Part shown: in pieces, positions 1 through 12,247 of the stretch
Position numbering within the stretch: position 1 is the stretch's first letter
Layout of the letters: the number at the start of each line of letters is the position of its first letter
Origin: Nitrospirota bacterium
GTDB lineage: Bacteria > Nitrospirota > UBA9217
NCBI GenBank assembly: GCA_963751455.1
Contig: CAVVUN010000011.1
Location: 1-64,000 of the forward strand
Length of the DNA: 64,000 nucleotides
Reading direction: 5' to 3'
Program-made: the position numbers and the translations under genes
Notes under the pieces: generated by a model
Told to the model about the DNA's origin: nothing
The model's input: only the letters and a program-made list of their open reading frames with translations
Database searches by the model: none

Positions 1-135
1 TCCATGGCCGCCTTAGCTTCTTACTACTGAGACACTTGATTTTTACAAAAGTTTAATGATAATTTGAATGGATGGCGATTGCAATCCACGTGTAAATGGT
101 ATTCCGGGCTGTGCAGACTGAAGCAGCGCCTGGTT

Positions 136-2244
136 TTAACGGGGGACGACACCCGGCGCGCCTGCGGCTGCAACTTCGTGATAAAGGCATACTTTGTTTC
201 TGCCGGTCTGTTTTGCCAGGTAAAGCGCCTGGTCGGCCTGCGCAATCAGCGTTTCCGGTTTTTCACAGCCGCGGCCGAAAGAGGCAACGCCGATGCTGAC
301 TGTTCGCCGCAAACTGATTCTTCCGGCGATGATGTCCGCCTGTTCGATACTTTTCCTGATGCGCTCAGCCATTTTCCGGGCGCCCTGCGGATCGGCCCCA
401 ACCATACCGACCGCAAACTCCTCGCCCCCGTAGCGCGCGACAAAATCGATGCTTCGCGCCGTGTCCCTGATAATGCCGGCCACGCTCTTTAACGCCACAT
501 CGCCGACCGGATGGCCATACTCATCATTTACTTTTTTGAAATAATCTATGTCGAGCAGGAGAAGCGAGAAGTGCTGTTCTTCGTGACGGTCCAGCCGCAT
601 GAATTCCTCGTCCAGCTTTTCCATGAAAGTCCGATGATTCAAGAGTCCGGTAAGGCCGTCCGTTCGCGCTATGTCCCGCAGGTTTCTGTGCAGCATGCTG
701 TTGTCGACCACCATGGAAACCTGGTTGAGCAGCGTGTCCATGAAGTTCCGGTAGTATTCATTGAAGGCATCCGCTTTGGATGAGCCCAAAAAGAGCGCGC
801 CGCTAAACCGGCCATGCGCCGCAAGCGGCCTTCCGTAAAGCGATTGTATCGGAAGCTGAAGCTCTTTGAACGGGAAAAGCCCTATTTCCCGGCCGCGATT
901 CCCCAAATCGCCGTCATAATAGACCCCCGCGCTTATCCTGTCCCTCCACTGTTTCAGCATCAGGGACATGATCGCGCTCTGTTCAATGGGAAACCGCTTG
1001 CCGAGCAGCTTTCCGTCATATCCCCTGATGGAAGATATCACCGCTTCGCCGCTTCTTTCATCGAAGAGAAGGAACGCACAATAGTCATAGGGCACGACCG
1101 ATTTGATCTGGATGCTCAATTTATCCAGTATTTCGCTGATATCAAGGCTGCTGCTCAGAGGTCGAGCTCATTTCATGGAGAGCAGCGAAGTTTTTAGCCC
1201 GCAGGTCCAGTTCCTGCGATATCCGGATTTTCTCGATCATCTGGCTGAAAAAAGGCGCAAAGCGTGCAAGAAGGTCGCGGTCTTCCGGGGAGAATGCGTC
1301 GCGTTCCAGGCTGTCAACCACAAGTATCCCGGCAGTCCGTTCGCGGTCCGCAACGGGAACCACGAACAGTGATTTTATCTGAATGTCGCCCGTGTAATAC
1401 CCGAGATTTCTGGCCGGCAAGACCGATTCAGCGAGGTATTGCGGCTCGTTCTTGTCCATAGAGATGCCGATCAAGCCGCTGCCCCGCGTTATCCTTGCTT
1501 CCCCGACCCGTGCGGTATTGAGAGTCTGGCTTCGAATTGCGCGCAGCACGAACACGCCTTCCTCGCGGTCGGCAAGGAACAGGGCGTAGGTGTGCGCAGG
1601 AACTATTTCATAGATCATGGAGATGAGCCCTTTGAAGGCGCCTTCCCGTTCGACAGCCACGCTGATATTGGCCGCCTGGCGATGCTGCTCTGAGAGCGCT
1701 TCTATGCTGAGGCCGCCCGCGAGCGGGTCAATAGCATCAGCATCCGCAAGAAGCCTTTCATATTGGTCCTGCCAGGCCAGGGCTCTGCTTCGGGCGCTGC
1801 TGATGGCGGGGGCAATGATGAAAAGGAGGGCTGTAAAAGGCACGGCGAATCCTGCATAAGCCTGCCAGGCGCGGGGAATCATCCCGGCCATAACGATATT
1901 GCCTGCGTCAATCAGCAGGATAAGGCGCCGATTATATAAACGCGTATCGGCGGTTGAAACAGGCCTGCGATTGCTGCGAGAAAATAGGCCGCGTGGAATG
2001 GGGAATTGATGCCGCCCGATATTTGGACGGCGGTATTAAGACCGATAATGCCGAGTATGATGAATTCGAAGGAGAGGGGGGCTTTATCGGTGAAAAGCGA
2101 GCGGTAGGCAACCGCAAAAAGAAGCAGCAGGTATGCGGCAATCCACGGAACAAGGAAGGGACTGGAAAGTCCTGTGCCGAGAAACAATCCAGAGCCGGAA
2201 AAGACAGTAAAGAGCAGCAGGCTCGGAATTATAACTTTATTCAA
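136..2244 (-). CDS. Membrane-anchored GAF-GAF-GGDEF diguanylate cyclase (split by two apparent frameshifts)
   Basis: Consecutive ORFs 1912-2244 (hydrophobic), 1142-1891 (GAF) and 136-1119 (GAF + LLLLDIDYFKKVND..GHPVGD, RYGGEEF). Confidence 0.85.
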
Positions 2245-2519
2245 ATTTTTTTTCTCCTGCGCATCTCTTCATCCAGATATTTTCTGTACAGGACGTCCCA
2301 TTCGCGGCTGCCCTCGGGCACATTGCGCGAGAGAGAACGGATCGTCTGCCGGGCTGCGGCATCCGCATCATCCTCGAACTGGAGCTCACTGGTAATAGAG
2401 CGCTTGATTTCACGAAGAATCCGCTCCTCCGGCTGGATCCCATCGAAGTTCCTGTTCCGAATCAGCATGTCCAGGATAAGATGAGAAATATGGGAAATTC
2501 GGTCTTCGCTTAAACGCAT
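2241..2519 (-). CDS. DUF507 family protein
   Basis: MRLSEDRISHISHLI...VPEGSREWDVLYRKYLDEE resembles DUF507. Confidence 0.75.
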   Translation of the reverse strand: MRLSEDRISHISHLILDMLIRNRNFDGIQPEERILREIKRSITSELQFEDDADAAARQTIRSLSRNVPEGSREWDVLYRKYLDEEMRRRKKI

Positions 2520-2592
2520 GTTTTGATCCTTAATTTTGTCATCCCGGAATGGTTCTATCGGGAATTGTTTAAAACAAAAACCTAAGCCTATA

Positions 2593-2757
2593 CTCACACG
2601 AAGGCACGAAGACACGAAGAAAGAAAAAGATTAATGCTTTAAATTTATAAAAACCACGAGTATTTAAGCCTTCTTTGTGCTTTTGTGGCTTTGTGTGAGA
2701 TAGAAACCGACACAAGGATTTGCTTTTCTTTGCGGGCTTTGCGGCTTTGCGCGAGAC
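2593..2757. repeat. Intergenic palindromic element of 9-nt periodic units (CACGAAG / CTTTGTG, CTTTGCG)
   Basis: ctcacacgaaggcacgaagacacgaag ... ctttgtgcttttgtggctttgtgtgag, then ctttgcgggctttgcggctttgcgcgaga. Confidence 0.7.
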
Positions 2758-2865
2758 GCCTTTATTTTCGGTTCGCAAAGGGTTAATGGTTTTATTCCGC
2801 CTGCGCCCAGCGATTACGAGTGCTGGCGCGAGTGCAGGGTGCAATCCATACTCGCCATTCCGCAA

Positions 2866-3148
2866 TTACAGCACCATCCCGCGGTCTTTCGCGAGTTTCT
2901 GTTTCGTCAGTTCGAAGACCTTCCGGTAGTCCATATTGCCCCTGGCTATTTCGTCTTCGTGGGCGGCAAGCAGTTTTTCAACGTCCTTATTCAACTTGTC
3001 TTCCTCGACCATGTTCGCGGTAATTACCTCGACTGATTTTTTCCGCAATGGCGGACTTAGGCACCTCGTATTCGGCCAGGCCCTTGGCTTCAAGGTTTTC
3101 CGTAATGGCGTCCGCTATATGTTTGATAAAGTCCTTTGATAAACGCAT
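2866..3148 (-). CDS. DUF507 family protein (one frameshift)
   Basis: MRLSKDFIKHIADAI... start at 3148 joins ...EEDKLNKDVEKLL...FELTKQKLAKDRGMVL. Confidence 0.7.
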
Positions 3149-3229
3149 GCCACATTATAACAAAAAGAAGTAAAAGAGGGAGAGAAAACGACGGCACCGG
3201 CCAGGCAGGATTTTCCCAGCCGGGCCTGA

Positions 3230-4179
3230 AAGAAGATTTTCAGGACTGGAGAGACCGGTCCCCGCACCTTCCGTACATCCGCCCAGATGTCCACGAGGCC
3301 GAGGGCGATTACGAACACGATGATCGGTAACGCGAGAATGAGGCCGTGTATGAGACCGCGTAAAACAGGCTTTATCTGCGCTTTCCGGAGGTAATGGTCA
3401 ACGATTGCCAGTCCTTGAACAAGGTAAAGGACGGCATACAGGATCGCAATATTCAACCCGATAAAAAACCCCGCGGACTCACGGGGGGCCAGGATCAGGA
3501 CGAGCGCGGCTATCAATCCCCAAACCCAGACGTCGGGCGCATGCCACGCAGCAAAGGACGTTTTCGGGAGAAGCGGCCGGCGCCTGTTCTTCTTGATATG
3601 ATCGAACGGCTGATAGCATAACAAAATACCGCCTGGAGAACCGAAGTGGATATCATGATGGCGGGTATCAGGCGGACCAGGTAATGAATAAATGTATCGG
3701 AAACGGCCTTCACGGCCTCCGTCATTTCCGTAAACCCGAGCTTGGTGTAGAATTTAGCCGCTTCAGTAATGCTTCCTCGCAGGTATTCCTCGACTGTGAA
3801 CAGAGGTTCCTTGCCTGAAGATACGAAATAGTACCCTGCCACCGCGGCTGCAGCCGCTATTGGCAGCAGGCCTCCGAACAGCGCAATCGATTCCGGTTTC
3901 CATTGGCGACGGCTGCCTTCAGCAATGCCCGCTGCCATAAGACCGAAACTGAAGAGAAGGATGGCAGCCAGCTGCCACCCGGCCAGGAGTGCCGACCACG
4001 ACCACCGACAAGGTCAGCGCGAAAAGGCCATGGGATCTCCCGTTTTGAATATACGTGATGATGAGCGGCACAGGAGTGAGCAAGGCAAATAGCTGCCCCA
4101 GGACGGGAATGATCAAGCCGGCAATATAGAGAGCCGCTGCCTGCGGCGCAGCAACTATTGTTGCCCTGTAGTTCATCAT
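3230..4179 (-). CDS. DUF2232/YybS family membrane protein (frameshifted; 3' end approximate)
   Basis: Three overlapping hydrophobic ORFs downstream of rpsR; C-terminal GLVDIWADVRK motif; usual position after rpsR. Confidence 0.75.
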
Positions 4180-4309
4180 AAACTCCAAACGGCCTTTCTG
4201 ATTTATCAATGCATCAATAATAAGGGGAAACTCTTCGGTCACGATTTCTGCAGCCGCTTGAGTTTCCCCTGGTTGTGATAGATATTACCGCCCGTCGCCG
4301 ATCAGGACC

Positions 4310-4615
4310 TTATTTTTCGCCTGAGAACGGAACAAGCGCGATATTTCTGCAACGCTGTACCGCCACCGTTACTTCTCTCTGGTGTCTGGCGCAGTTGCCT
4401 GAAATGCGGCGGGGAAGGATCTTCCCGCGCTCGGTCAAAAAGAAGCGAAGCGTCTTGACATCTTTGTAATCAATGAACGGTGTCTTGTCGACACAGAACC
4501 TGCAAACTTTTTTTCTGACCTGAAAACGTCTTCTCTTGTCCGGGCCTTTTCCGTCCCGGGTGTCCCTGCCTCTCGATTCAGAGGGCCGATCGGACCTTGC
4601 ATGGAACTCTGCCAT
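4310..4615 (-). CDS. rpsR: 30S ribosomal protein S18
   Basis: [41 protein letters not shown]. Confidence 0.97.
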   Translation of the reverse strand: MAEFHARSDRPSESRGRDTRDGKGPDKRRRFQVRKKVCRFCVDKTPFIDYKDVKTLRFFLTERGKILPRRISGNCARHQREVTVAVQRCRNIALVPFSGEK

Positions 4616-4707
4616 AGTAGCACTCCTCGTTAGTAGTTTGGTATTTTGTCGCGCCGCACCATGATGGCTATAACATACCCTGCCCCTCGCTCCAGGAGGG
4701 AGGGGGC

Positions 4708-5121
4708 TTAAAATGGTATTTCGCCTTCGTCAACCGGCGGTTCCGGCATGGGTTCTGACTGGCTTTGTCCGCCGCCATGCCCCCCGGATGACCGCTTCGG
4801 CATAAAGTTCACCGACTGCGCAACGACTTCGACCTTGCTGCGTTTCTGGCCGGATTCCTTATCGTCCCACCGCCGCTGCTGAAGCCTTCCGTCGACCAGC
4901 ACCGCATCGCCCTTGTTGATGTATTGGCCGCAGGATTCGGCCTGTTTGCCGAACACGACAATGTCGATGTAGCTTACCTCTTCCTTGGTCTCGTCGCCCT
5001 GCTTGTATTTTCGATTGATGGCAAGTGCGAAACTGGCCACCGCGATTCCGTTCGGCGTGTAGCGCACCTCGGGATCGCGGGTAAGATTGCCCAACAGGAT
5101 AACTTTATTAAAGCTCGTCAT
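4708..5121 (-). CDS. ssb: Single-stranded DNA-binding protein
   Basis: [22 protein letters not shown]...; acidic C-terminus DEGEIPF. Confidence 0.97.
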   Translation of the reverse strand: MTSFNKVILLGNLTRDPEVRYTPNGIAVASFALAINRKYKQGDETKEEVSYIDIVVFGKQAESCGQYINKGDAVLVDGRLQQRRWDDKESGQKRSKVEVVAQSVNFMPKRSSGGHGGGQSQSEPMPEPPVDEGEIPF

Positions 5122-5199
5122 GGCGCTTCCCTCATTTTCCCGATGTCCTTTCCTCAAAGTCGGGGACAGGCCCGATCGGGGTACATGGTGTGAGAACCG

Positions 5200-5562
5200 C
5201 TAAGCTTGCGGCGGAGCGGTCTCGGCTTTCGCGAGATCCTTCTTCTTCGGCTTGGGCGCGGGCCTGACCCGAAGTTCTTTTTCCAGTTTTACGGACAGGA
5301 ACTTGATCACGGTGTCCGTCATTTTGTAGGTGCGCTCGAGTTCGGCGATTACAGCTGGTGCGGCCTTGAACTGGAAGAACGCATAATGACCGCGTTTTTG
5401 CTTTTTGATCTCGTAGGCAAGCTTTTTCTTGCCCCAGTCCTCGAACTTGATCATTTCGCCGCCTTGCTTTGTTACCACGTCCTGCATTTTCTTGATGACG
5501 CCGGCGGTATCTTCGTCGGAGAGATTGGGGTTGATGATGAAAATAGACTCGTAAATGTGCAT
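5200..5562 (-). CDS. rpsF: 30S ribosomal protein S6
   Basis: YESIFIINPNL...WGKKKLAYEIKK..GHY; first gene of rpsF-ssb-rpsR. Confidence 0.97.
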   Translation of the reverse strand: MHIYESIFIINPNLSDEDTAGVIKKMQDVVTKQGGEMIKFEDWGKKKLAYEIKKQKRGHYAFFQFKAAPAVIAELERTYKMTDTVIKFLSVKLEKELRVRPAPKPKKKDLAKAETAPPQA

Positions 5563-5570
5563 TGCTTTGT

Positions 5571-5622
5571 CTCCTTATGGGTTATAGCCCCCCTATGATA
5601 AGCTCCAGGGGAGCAAGGAGTA
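5571..5622 (-). promoter_or_regulatory. Probable S6:S18 ribosomal protein leader RNA
   Basis: On the minus strand CUCCUU can pair with the SD AAGGAG, with an unpaired CCC just before it, directly upstream of rpsF; fits the known S6:S18 leader layout. Confidence 0.5.
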
Positions 5623-5682
5623 ATCCCATGCTCATGGGAATCGACCTTACTCATTTTTCAGAATGGAAACAATATCATATAC

Positions 5683-6947
5683 TTATTGAAAAAGCAAGGA
5701 GTTTCTTGTCTCTTCGCATCCGGTACAACGGCGTCTATCGGAAAATATCACAGAAAGAGTCCTGGCTAATCCGACCATAAACACAAGCAGCACCGGAAGG
5801 TACAGCAGCCGGTACGTTCCCGCCATATCGGCATTAAAGTACCGGATCGTCAGGAGCAGGCAGAGATGCGTGGGCGAAAGCATCACGCCCGCAAAGCCGC
5901 TCGCGAAGGCAAAGGTGATCGTGCCCGGGTCCGGATGACCGCCGGCCATCGCCGTAATAATAGGGAACGTGGCGCCGACAAAACCGACGGTAAGACCGGT
6001 CAATAATCCCACGAGGAACGGAAGCAGGAACAATATCACCCCGGGAGGGAGGCCGCTGTTCTGGAAAAAGCGCGGAAGGGCTTCAATTGATCCCGATGCT
6101 TCCAGCATCCCCTTGAACGTCATGATGCCCACGACCATGAGAATGACGTTCAGCGAAATGCTCTCCTTGAAAGTTGTCACGATATCATTCCGCGAGAACC
6201 GGTAATACAGTATCATGAATATGACGATCGATAGCATGGCGAATGCGAGAGGCAGTTTAAAGATCACGACCAGAACGATCGGCACCAATATCGGCAGAAG
6301 CGTAATAAACAAAGTCCTGATCTCGTCCCAATCCCGCTTCCCTGCGATGCTGTCTACCTTCATTCCCCTGAAACCGAGAAGCGAGCCGACCGCAACTACC
6401 GCAAGAGGCAGGGGAAGCTGGGAGAGCAGGAGTTTATTCAAGGGCAGTCTGGCGACTGCCGCAGCAAGCACAATACCCGGGTAGAGCGGTGAACAGTACT
6501 CCCAGATATGCCTGAACCAGTAGTTAATAAATGCCTTGCGCTCTGCTTTGATATCGTTGTCCGAGGCTGCTTCCTGCACCATGGGAGCTGAAAACGCAGC
6601 GCCGCCTGCTGACGGCAGCAGGCCGATGACGCCGGGCAGTATTGCCATTGCTATCCGACGGTCCCGGGCCACATTGACGACCGCTTCCATCATGCGCTTG
6701 AGAACGCCCCGCTTCCTGATAATGTTCTCGAGAGCCATGATCAGCGCGAGACCGGTCACAAGGTTGATCGTAACCGGATCGAAGCGAAGACTCAATAAAG
6801 ACGTTGAGCTGCCGGAGAGGTCCGATGAGATAAAGAGACCCCAGAAGGAGTCGAGCCCAGAAGCATCACGAGCCCCAGGTTCCACTTGAGCCTGAGCAGA
6901 ACCACGATCAGCGCAAAGGCAATGCCGATTTTAAGCAGGTCCGTCAC
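5683..6947 (-). CDS. DUF401 family membrane protein (frameshift near the 5' end; ends approximate)
   Basis: GLLPSAGGAAFSAPMV, NYWFRHIWEYCSPLYPG and SPTHLCL motifs. Confidence 0.8.
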
Positions 6948-7753
6948 CGTATATATCCTTCACCAAGATAGAAAATAACCGCGGCGCGAATGGAAAAGCG
7001 GTCCATTTGCCACTCGCGGGGAAGGGGCTGAAACGGGGCTGCTGAACGGATCGCGCGCAAAGCTTCGTCGTCCAGGATCTTGTACCCGGAAGATTTCGGA
7101 CCTCCAGGCCGCCGAGACTGCCGTCTTTCATGATATCGAATTTGATGTAAAGGGTCCCATGGTATCCGGAGATTGCCGCCAACTCCGGGATAATTCAGTA
7201 CGCTCTCGATTTTGATCTTGAGCCACCGGTTGTACGATATAAACTTGAACTCATCGGTATCCAGGGTCACGGAATCATCGCCCGGATTGTTTCTCGGGCA
7301 TTCCCTTGCGTGCGAGCTGGTCGATGTCGTTCTGAGACAGGAAGGGGAGCGGTCCTGCGGGCTTCTCCGTAAGCGGCGGCTGCGTGCCTTTACCCGTATC
7401 CGCTCCCTTCTCTGCGCCTTCAGGGACGCCTGCACGTGGCTCTGTCTTCGGAAGGATCACCTCGTCGCTTTCCCCGAACTTTCTGGGTTTCGGCACTGCT
7501 CCGGGAGAAAAACGTTTTTCCGGGACAACGCGTTCAGGGGACGGAGGCGGAGGAATTACCGGCCGTGGCCCGGGGCGGTTGTTTGAGAGGAGGCAGTTTT
7601 TCCGCTTCAGGGGAAGGCAGTCTTACTATATCAACGGGAAACGCTCGAAGGTTCCGGGGGCTTCCGCGGCCACACTGCCACTGTGCCGATCAGCAGCGCA
7701 TGCAGTGCGAAGGAAATGATGAGAAATATCGTGAAGTGGAGACGAGAGCCCAT
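6944..7753 (-). CDS. TonB family energy transducer (several frameshifts)
   Basis: N-terminal TM SFALH, Pro-rich middle, C-terminal SSGYKILDDEALRAIRSAAPFQPLP. Confidence 0.75.
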
Positions 7754-7869
7754 GGGTTCTTAAAAAAGAATGGACACGGATTTCACGGAAAAGGCGGATT
7801 AATTTTTCGCAACTGAAGCTTAAATCCGAATTTTCAGATTTTATCCGTGTCCAATATTCTATTACTTGA

Positions 7870-8917
7870 CTAAATGCTTTTTTGCATCCGGTCCGAAACT
7901 TCCCTGAGCAGCTTCAGGATCGCGACCGCGGTCTCGGGCGCAAGGCTGCCCATGCCGCAGGACGGCGTGATCAGGCTCTGCCGTAAAACAGCGTTTCGCG
8001 TAAGGCCGTGCTGTTCCAGCCGTTTGATGCCTGCATCCAGTTTGGAAACGAGCAGTTCCGGTGTTTCGCTTCCGGTAAACCCGCCTGTCGGCACAATACC
8101 CCACGCGAGCGCTCCGCCCCGGCCCAGGAACGAACGGATGTCTTCGGGATAGAGCATCACCTTTTCCATGTATCCGAAAGCGTCGAAATTAACAATATCA
8201 ACCTTAGTCCTGAAAATCAGCGGCCAGTCAGCGTTGCCGCAGCAATGGATGCCTGCGATGCCGCCCAGTTCATGGATTGTTTCTATGATCTCGTTCAGTT
8301 TCTCCGCGATAACCTCCGAGGAGACTGCAGAGAAGGCCGAACCGAGCGATTCCATTGCCGGTTCATCGATGAAGATAATGACCGGCTTGCCGAACCGTTC
8401 GAGTTCCCGGATCTGCCACGCCGCTTTCATTGCAAGACCCTTTACCACGGCGTCGAAAAGCACATCGTTGTGCACGATGTCCTTGCCGTTCTCGTCCTTG
8501 AACGATATGCCCGGCAGTGAGCGGACCGGTGATATGGCCCTTCACGAACCGCATCTTTGCCGGGAACGGATTTATTCAGCGCTTTGACAAAAGAAGGGAA
8601 GGCAGCCGCGTATTCTTCCGATATCCTGAAGAACGAGTAGTCCTTTTCAAGGTACCGCTCGAAGAATTTTTCCAATTCAGGGGTCAGGTCTTTCGCAGTA
8701 TCGAATAGAAACCGCTTCTTCAGCAGCATCAAGCTTGAGGCCCGGCAAGGATTCGCTGTACTGTCCGTCCATATGTTCCCGGAAGTCCCGCTGGGGCAAC
8801 TGCGGCCAGATGGGCGCCTCCGGCAGATATTGGAGCGACAGCGCTGCGGCTTGGTCCGGATCACTCATCGGGAAAACTCCCGATCCCTGTGGCTATGCAA
8901 TTAAAGTTGTGGGTCAT
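7870..8917 (-). CDS. Cobalamin-independent methionine synthase (MetE C-terminal)-like protein (frameshifted)
   Basis: IWPQLP, IFIDEP, GIHCCG, AWGIVPT and LITPSCG motifs. Confidence 0.75.
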
Positions 8918-9069
8918 GCAATTTTTCCTCTCCGTGATGCAATTCGATCATTATATATTCAAGTATGGCAAAACACAACTTAAAATACAACATGGCGTGT
9001 CCACGAGAAACAGGAACGGACAAAGAAAAATCTTTACAGGATAAGCCAAAGTTTGTAGAAATGCAATCC

Positions 9070-9429
9070 ATGAAATACGGCACAAAAGCGATCAAGCAGG
9101 CTAAGCTGGAACTATGGCCTAATCCGAACCCGGACCGGGATTATGTCATAGACATATCATATCCGGAGTTCACGTGTGTGTGCCCCCGCTCGGGATATCC
9201 GGATTTTGCGACCATCAACATCACGTATACACCGGACAAAAAAGTCGTGGAACTAAAAGCCCTCAAGCTATGGCTGAACGGTTTTCGGGATACTGCCATA
9301 TCTCACGAGGCGGTAACGAACGATATATTTGATACCCTGAAGAAGCATCTCAAGCCCCGCAAGCTCGAAGTCGTCGGTGACTTTAATGTTCGCGGTAATG
9401 TAAAGACGGTCATCAGGGTGACTCTCTAA
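9070..9429 (+). CDS. queF: NADPH-dependent 7-cyano-7-deazaguanine reductase (preQ1 synthase)
   Basis: [32 protein letters not shown]. Confidence 0.95.
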   Translation: MKYGTKAIKQAKLELWPNPNPDRDYVIDISYPEFTCVCPRSGYPDFATINITYTPDKKVVELKALKLWLNGFRDTAISHEAVTNDIFDTLKKHLKPRKLEVVGDFNVRGNVKTVIRVTL

Positions 9430-9596
9430 GTTAGTTAGCGTCCTGTCCGGGTTTCGGAATTTAATTCCCTTACGCAGGCTAAATCCTGCGGCTAGCACAC
9501 ACACAATTTCCGCTAACTTCGTGAAACGTCTTGACTAATTCTATTCAGCGTGATATCTATGATTGTTTCTTCTTACCTGTCATCGGGAGGGTATAC

Positions 9597-10655
9597 ATGA
9601 ACGCAAAAGGACCGGCTCTTCTTGTTGCGCTCTTGCTCTTTATTGTTGCTGATCCGTCATTCGCTGTCTCTCCGCCTGAATCGTTCGCCCCGCTCGTCAA
9701 GAAAGAGATGCCGGCGGTCGTGAACATCTCGACCAGGCAGGTCATCAGGGTGCAGCAGCCTTCGCCCTTCGGCGACCCGCAGATGGACGATTTCTTCTAT
9801 CGCTTTTTCGGCGGCAGAGCGCCGCAGCGGGAGCAGGTAAGGCAAAGCCTTGGTTCCGGTTTCATTATCAGCCCGGACGGCTACATCCTGACGAACAACC
9901 ATGTTGTTGACAAAGCAAAGGACATCAAGGTTGCGCTTTCAGACGGCCGCGTAATGGAGGCCAAGCTCATCGGCAAATCGCAGGAGATCGACATCGCCCT
10001 TATCAAGGTCCAGGCCGCTAATCTCCCGTGCGTACAACTCGGAGATTCGGATACACTTGAGGTAGGGGATTGGGTCTTCGCAATCGGTAATCCTTTCGGT
10101 TTAAACCATACAGTAACAGCGGGCATCGTCTCGGCAAAGGGCAGGGTGATCGGGGTCGGCCCCTATGACGATCTTATCCAGACCGACGCTGCGATCAATC
10201 CGGGAAACAGCGGAGGCCCTCTCTTTAATATCAAGGGAGAAGTGGTAGGGATCAACACGGTGATCATCGCGACCGGTCAGAACCTGGGCTTCTCGGTCCC
10301 GATCAGCATGGTAAAAGGCGTGCTTCCGTCGATAAAGGAAAAGGGCAGGCCGGACATGGGCTGGCTCGGCGTCTCGGCCCAGGTGGTCACGCCGGACCTG
10401 GCAGAGGCGCTCGGTCTGCAGGAGCCTGTCGGCGCCATCATCAATGCTATCACGAAGAACAGCCCTGCGGATAAAGCAGGCTTGATACGCGGCGACGTTA
10501 TCATGGAACTCGACGGCAAAAAAATACTTGATCCTTCGGAACTGCCGCGCATGGTGGCGTTCGGCCATATCGGGAAGACGGTGATCCTGAAAGTGATCCG
10601 TCAGGGCAAGCCGATCGAGATCAAAACCGTGATAGAATTAAGACCGGAGAAGTGA
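9597..10655 (+). CDS. DegP/HtrA family serine protease with one PDZ domain
   Basis: Signal peptide, TNNHVV, DIAL, QTDAAINPGNSGGPL, PDZ; RBS GGGAGG. Confidence 0.93.
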   Translation: MNAKGPALLVALLLFIVADPSFAVSPPESFAPLVKKEMPAVVNISTRQVIRVQQPSPFGDPQMDDFFYRFFGGRAPQREQVRQSLGSGFIISPDGYILTNNHVVDKAKDIKVALSDGRVMEAKLIGKSQEIDIALIKVQAANLPCVQLGDSDTLEVGDWVFAIGNPFGLNHTVTAGIVSAKGRVIGVGPYDDLIQTDAAINPGNSGGPLFNIKGEVVGINTVIIATGQNLGFSVPISMVKGVLPSIKEKGRPDMGWLGVSAQVVTPDLAEALGLQEPVGAIINAITKNSPADKAGLIRGDVIMELDGKKILDPSELPRMVAFGHIGKTVILKVIRQGKPIEIKTVIELRPEK

Positions 10656-10755
10656 TATGGAGCAAGCCGACCATGCCGGCGTTTCTTTAATTCGTCGTCG
10701 ACGCTAATTCATTGATGAACGGCAACGCGGTTGCCTTGCTCCATAAGGAGATCCA

Positions 10756-11037
10756 ATGTTCGGTCTCGGATTACCCGAAATCATAATTATTTTTGTGATC
10801 GCGCTGATCGTTTTCGGCCCGAAGAAGCTGCCTGACCTCGGGAAATCGATCGGCCGCGCCATGGCCGAGTTTAAAAAGGCATCCGACGAGTTTCAGGAAT
10901 CCGTGCGCAGCGAGATGAAGGACGTCCAGAAATCAGCGGACATCAAAGAGGAACTCAGGCAGATCGAACAGATAGGCCAGGGATTGACCGCGGAGGTCAA
11001 AGACGCCGAAGCAGCCGCAGCCGCTGTTATTGCCTGA
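10756..11037 (+). CDS. tatA: Twin-arginine translocase TatA/TatB
   Basis: MFGLGLPEIIIIFVIALIVFGPKKLPDLGKSIG; directly before tatC. Confidence 0.88.
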   Translation: MFGLGLPEIIIIFVIALIVFGPKKLPDLGKSIGRAMAEFKKASDEFQESVRSEMKDVQKSADIKEELRQIEQIGQGLTAEVKDAEAAAAAVIA

Positions 11038-11105
11038 AGAAGCGAAAACCAGGGAATCCGAAACGGGCGCAGCCGTGAATCAGAATGAGGAGGATAAGAA
11101 ACAGG

Positions 11106-11918
11106 ATGCAAAAGGCAGCGCCTGAGGAACAGCTGACTATGCCGTTTTGGAGCCATCTCGCCGAGTTGAGGAAACGGATAGTCGTCTCGCTCATCGCTAT
11201 AGCGGTTGGTTTCGCGGCAACCTTTAAATTTTCCGAAAATATTCTCAACCTCCTCATGATGCCCATGAACTCGAAGGTCGGCGTGCAGGCGGCGTATCCT
11301 TTTCTCATTTTTACGCCGAATAAAGTGAACCAGCAGCTTTATTTTACGACCCTCACCGAGCCGTTCATGGCCCACCTGAAGATCTCGTTCGTTACAGGCC
11401 TTATCCTCGCCGTGCCCGTGATTTTGCATCAGATCTGGAAGTTTATTTCTCCCGGCCTTATGCCGAAGGAACGCCGCTATACCGGGTATTTCGTTACATT
11501 TTCGACGCTGTTCTTTGCAGCGGGTGTCGCGTTCTGCTTCTTCCTGCTGCTGCCGTTTGCCGTCCCGTTCCTGATCGGATATAAGACCGAACATCTCAAC
11601 CCCATCATCAGGATAGGGGAATACATAGATTTCAGCCTGAAATTCCTGCTCGGGTCCGGGGCGGTCTTCGAACTTCCGCTGGTAATCATTCTGCTCACCC
11701 GGATGGGAATTCTGTCCGTGGAAGGGCTCTCGAAGTTCCGCAAGTTCGCGTTCTTCATATCATTCGTTCTCGGAGCCATAATCACCCCGACACCGGACGT
11801 GTTCAACATGATGCTTATGTCCATCCCCATCTATGTTCTCTACGAGATCGGCATCCTCGGGGCGCGCCTGTTCGGCAGAAAGCGAAATACGGACTCCACA
11901 GAACTCACGAAGACATGA
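11106..11918 (+). CDS. tatC: Twin-arginine translocase subunit TatC
   Basis: HLAELRKR, QIWKFISPGL...E, FELP, ITPTPD. Confidence 0.95.
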   Translation: MQKAAPEEQLTMPFWSHLAELRKRIVVSLIAIAVGFAATFKFSENILNLLMMPMNSKVGVQAAYPFLIFTPNKVNQQLYFTTLTEPFMAHLKISFVTGLILAVPVILHQIWKFISPGLMPKERRYTGYFVTFSTLFFAAGVAFCFFLLLPFAVPFLIGYKTEHLNPIIRIGEYIDFSLKFLLGSGAVFELPLVIILLTRMGILSVEGLSKFRKFAFFISFVLGAIITPTPDVFNMMLMSIPIYVLYEIGILGARLFGRKRNTDSTELTKT

Positions 11919-12247
11919 TTTTCTTCAACATTGTTTTGTTTCATCCTTAATCAAAACCTGAAGCAATTTTCTCGCCAAGGCGCAGAGAACACAAAGAAAA
12001 GCATATTTTAATTTTAACAAAACCGGAATTAAAGAGGTTCCTTTGCGTCGCGTGCTTTGCGAGAAACGGTTTTTATTCTGAATTACGGTCTTTGACTTTC
12101 ATCTGTGCTCATCCGTGTTAATCCGTGGCAAAAACAGCATTTTGCTTTTATCAAAACCCGAATTAAAGAAGTTCCTTCGCTCCTTTGCGAGAGACGGTTA
12201 TTTTATTCGAATTCAAAGATTTTATGAACAGTCACAGGTGATAATTC

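Noticed and set aside
2780-2860. tRNA-like or structured RNA between the DUF507 genes
   Set aside because: Only one hairpin; no cloverleaf or T-loop consensus
8965-9069. preQ1 riboswitch upstream of queF
   Set aside because: No preQ1 aptamer stem-loop with A-rich tail recognisable
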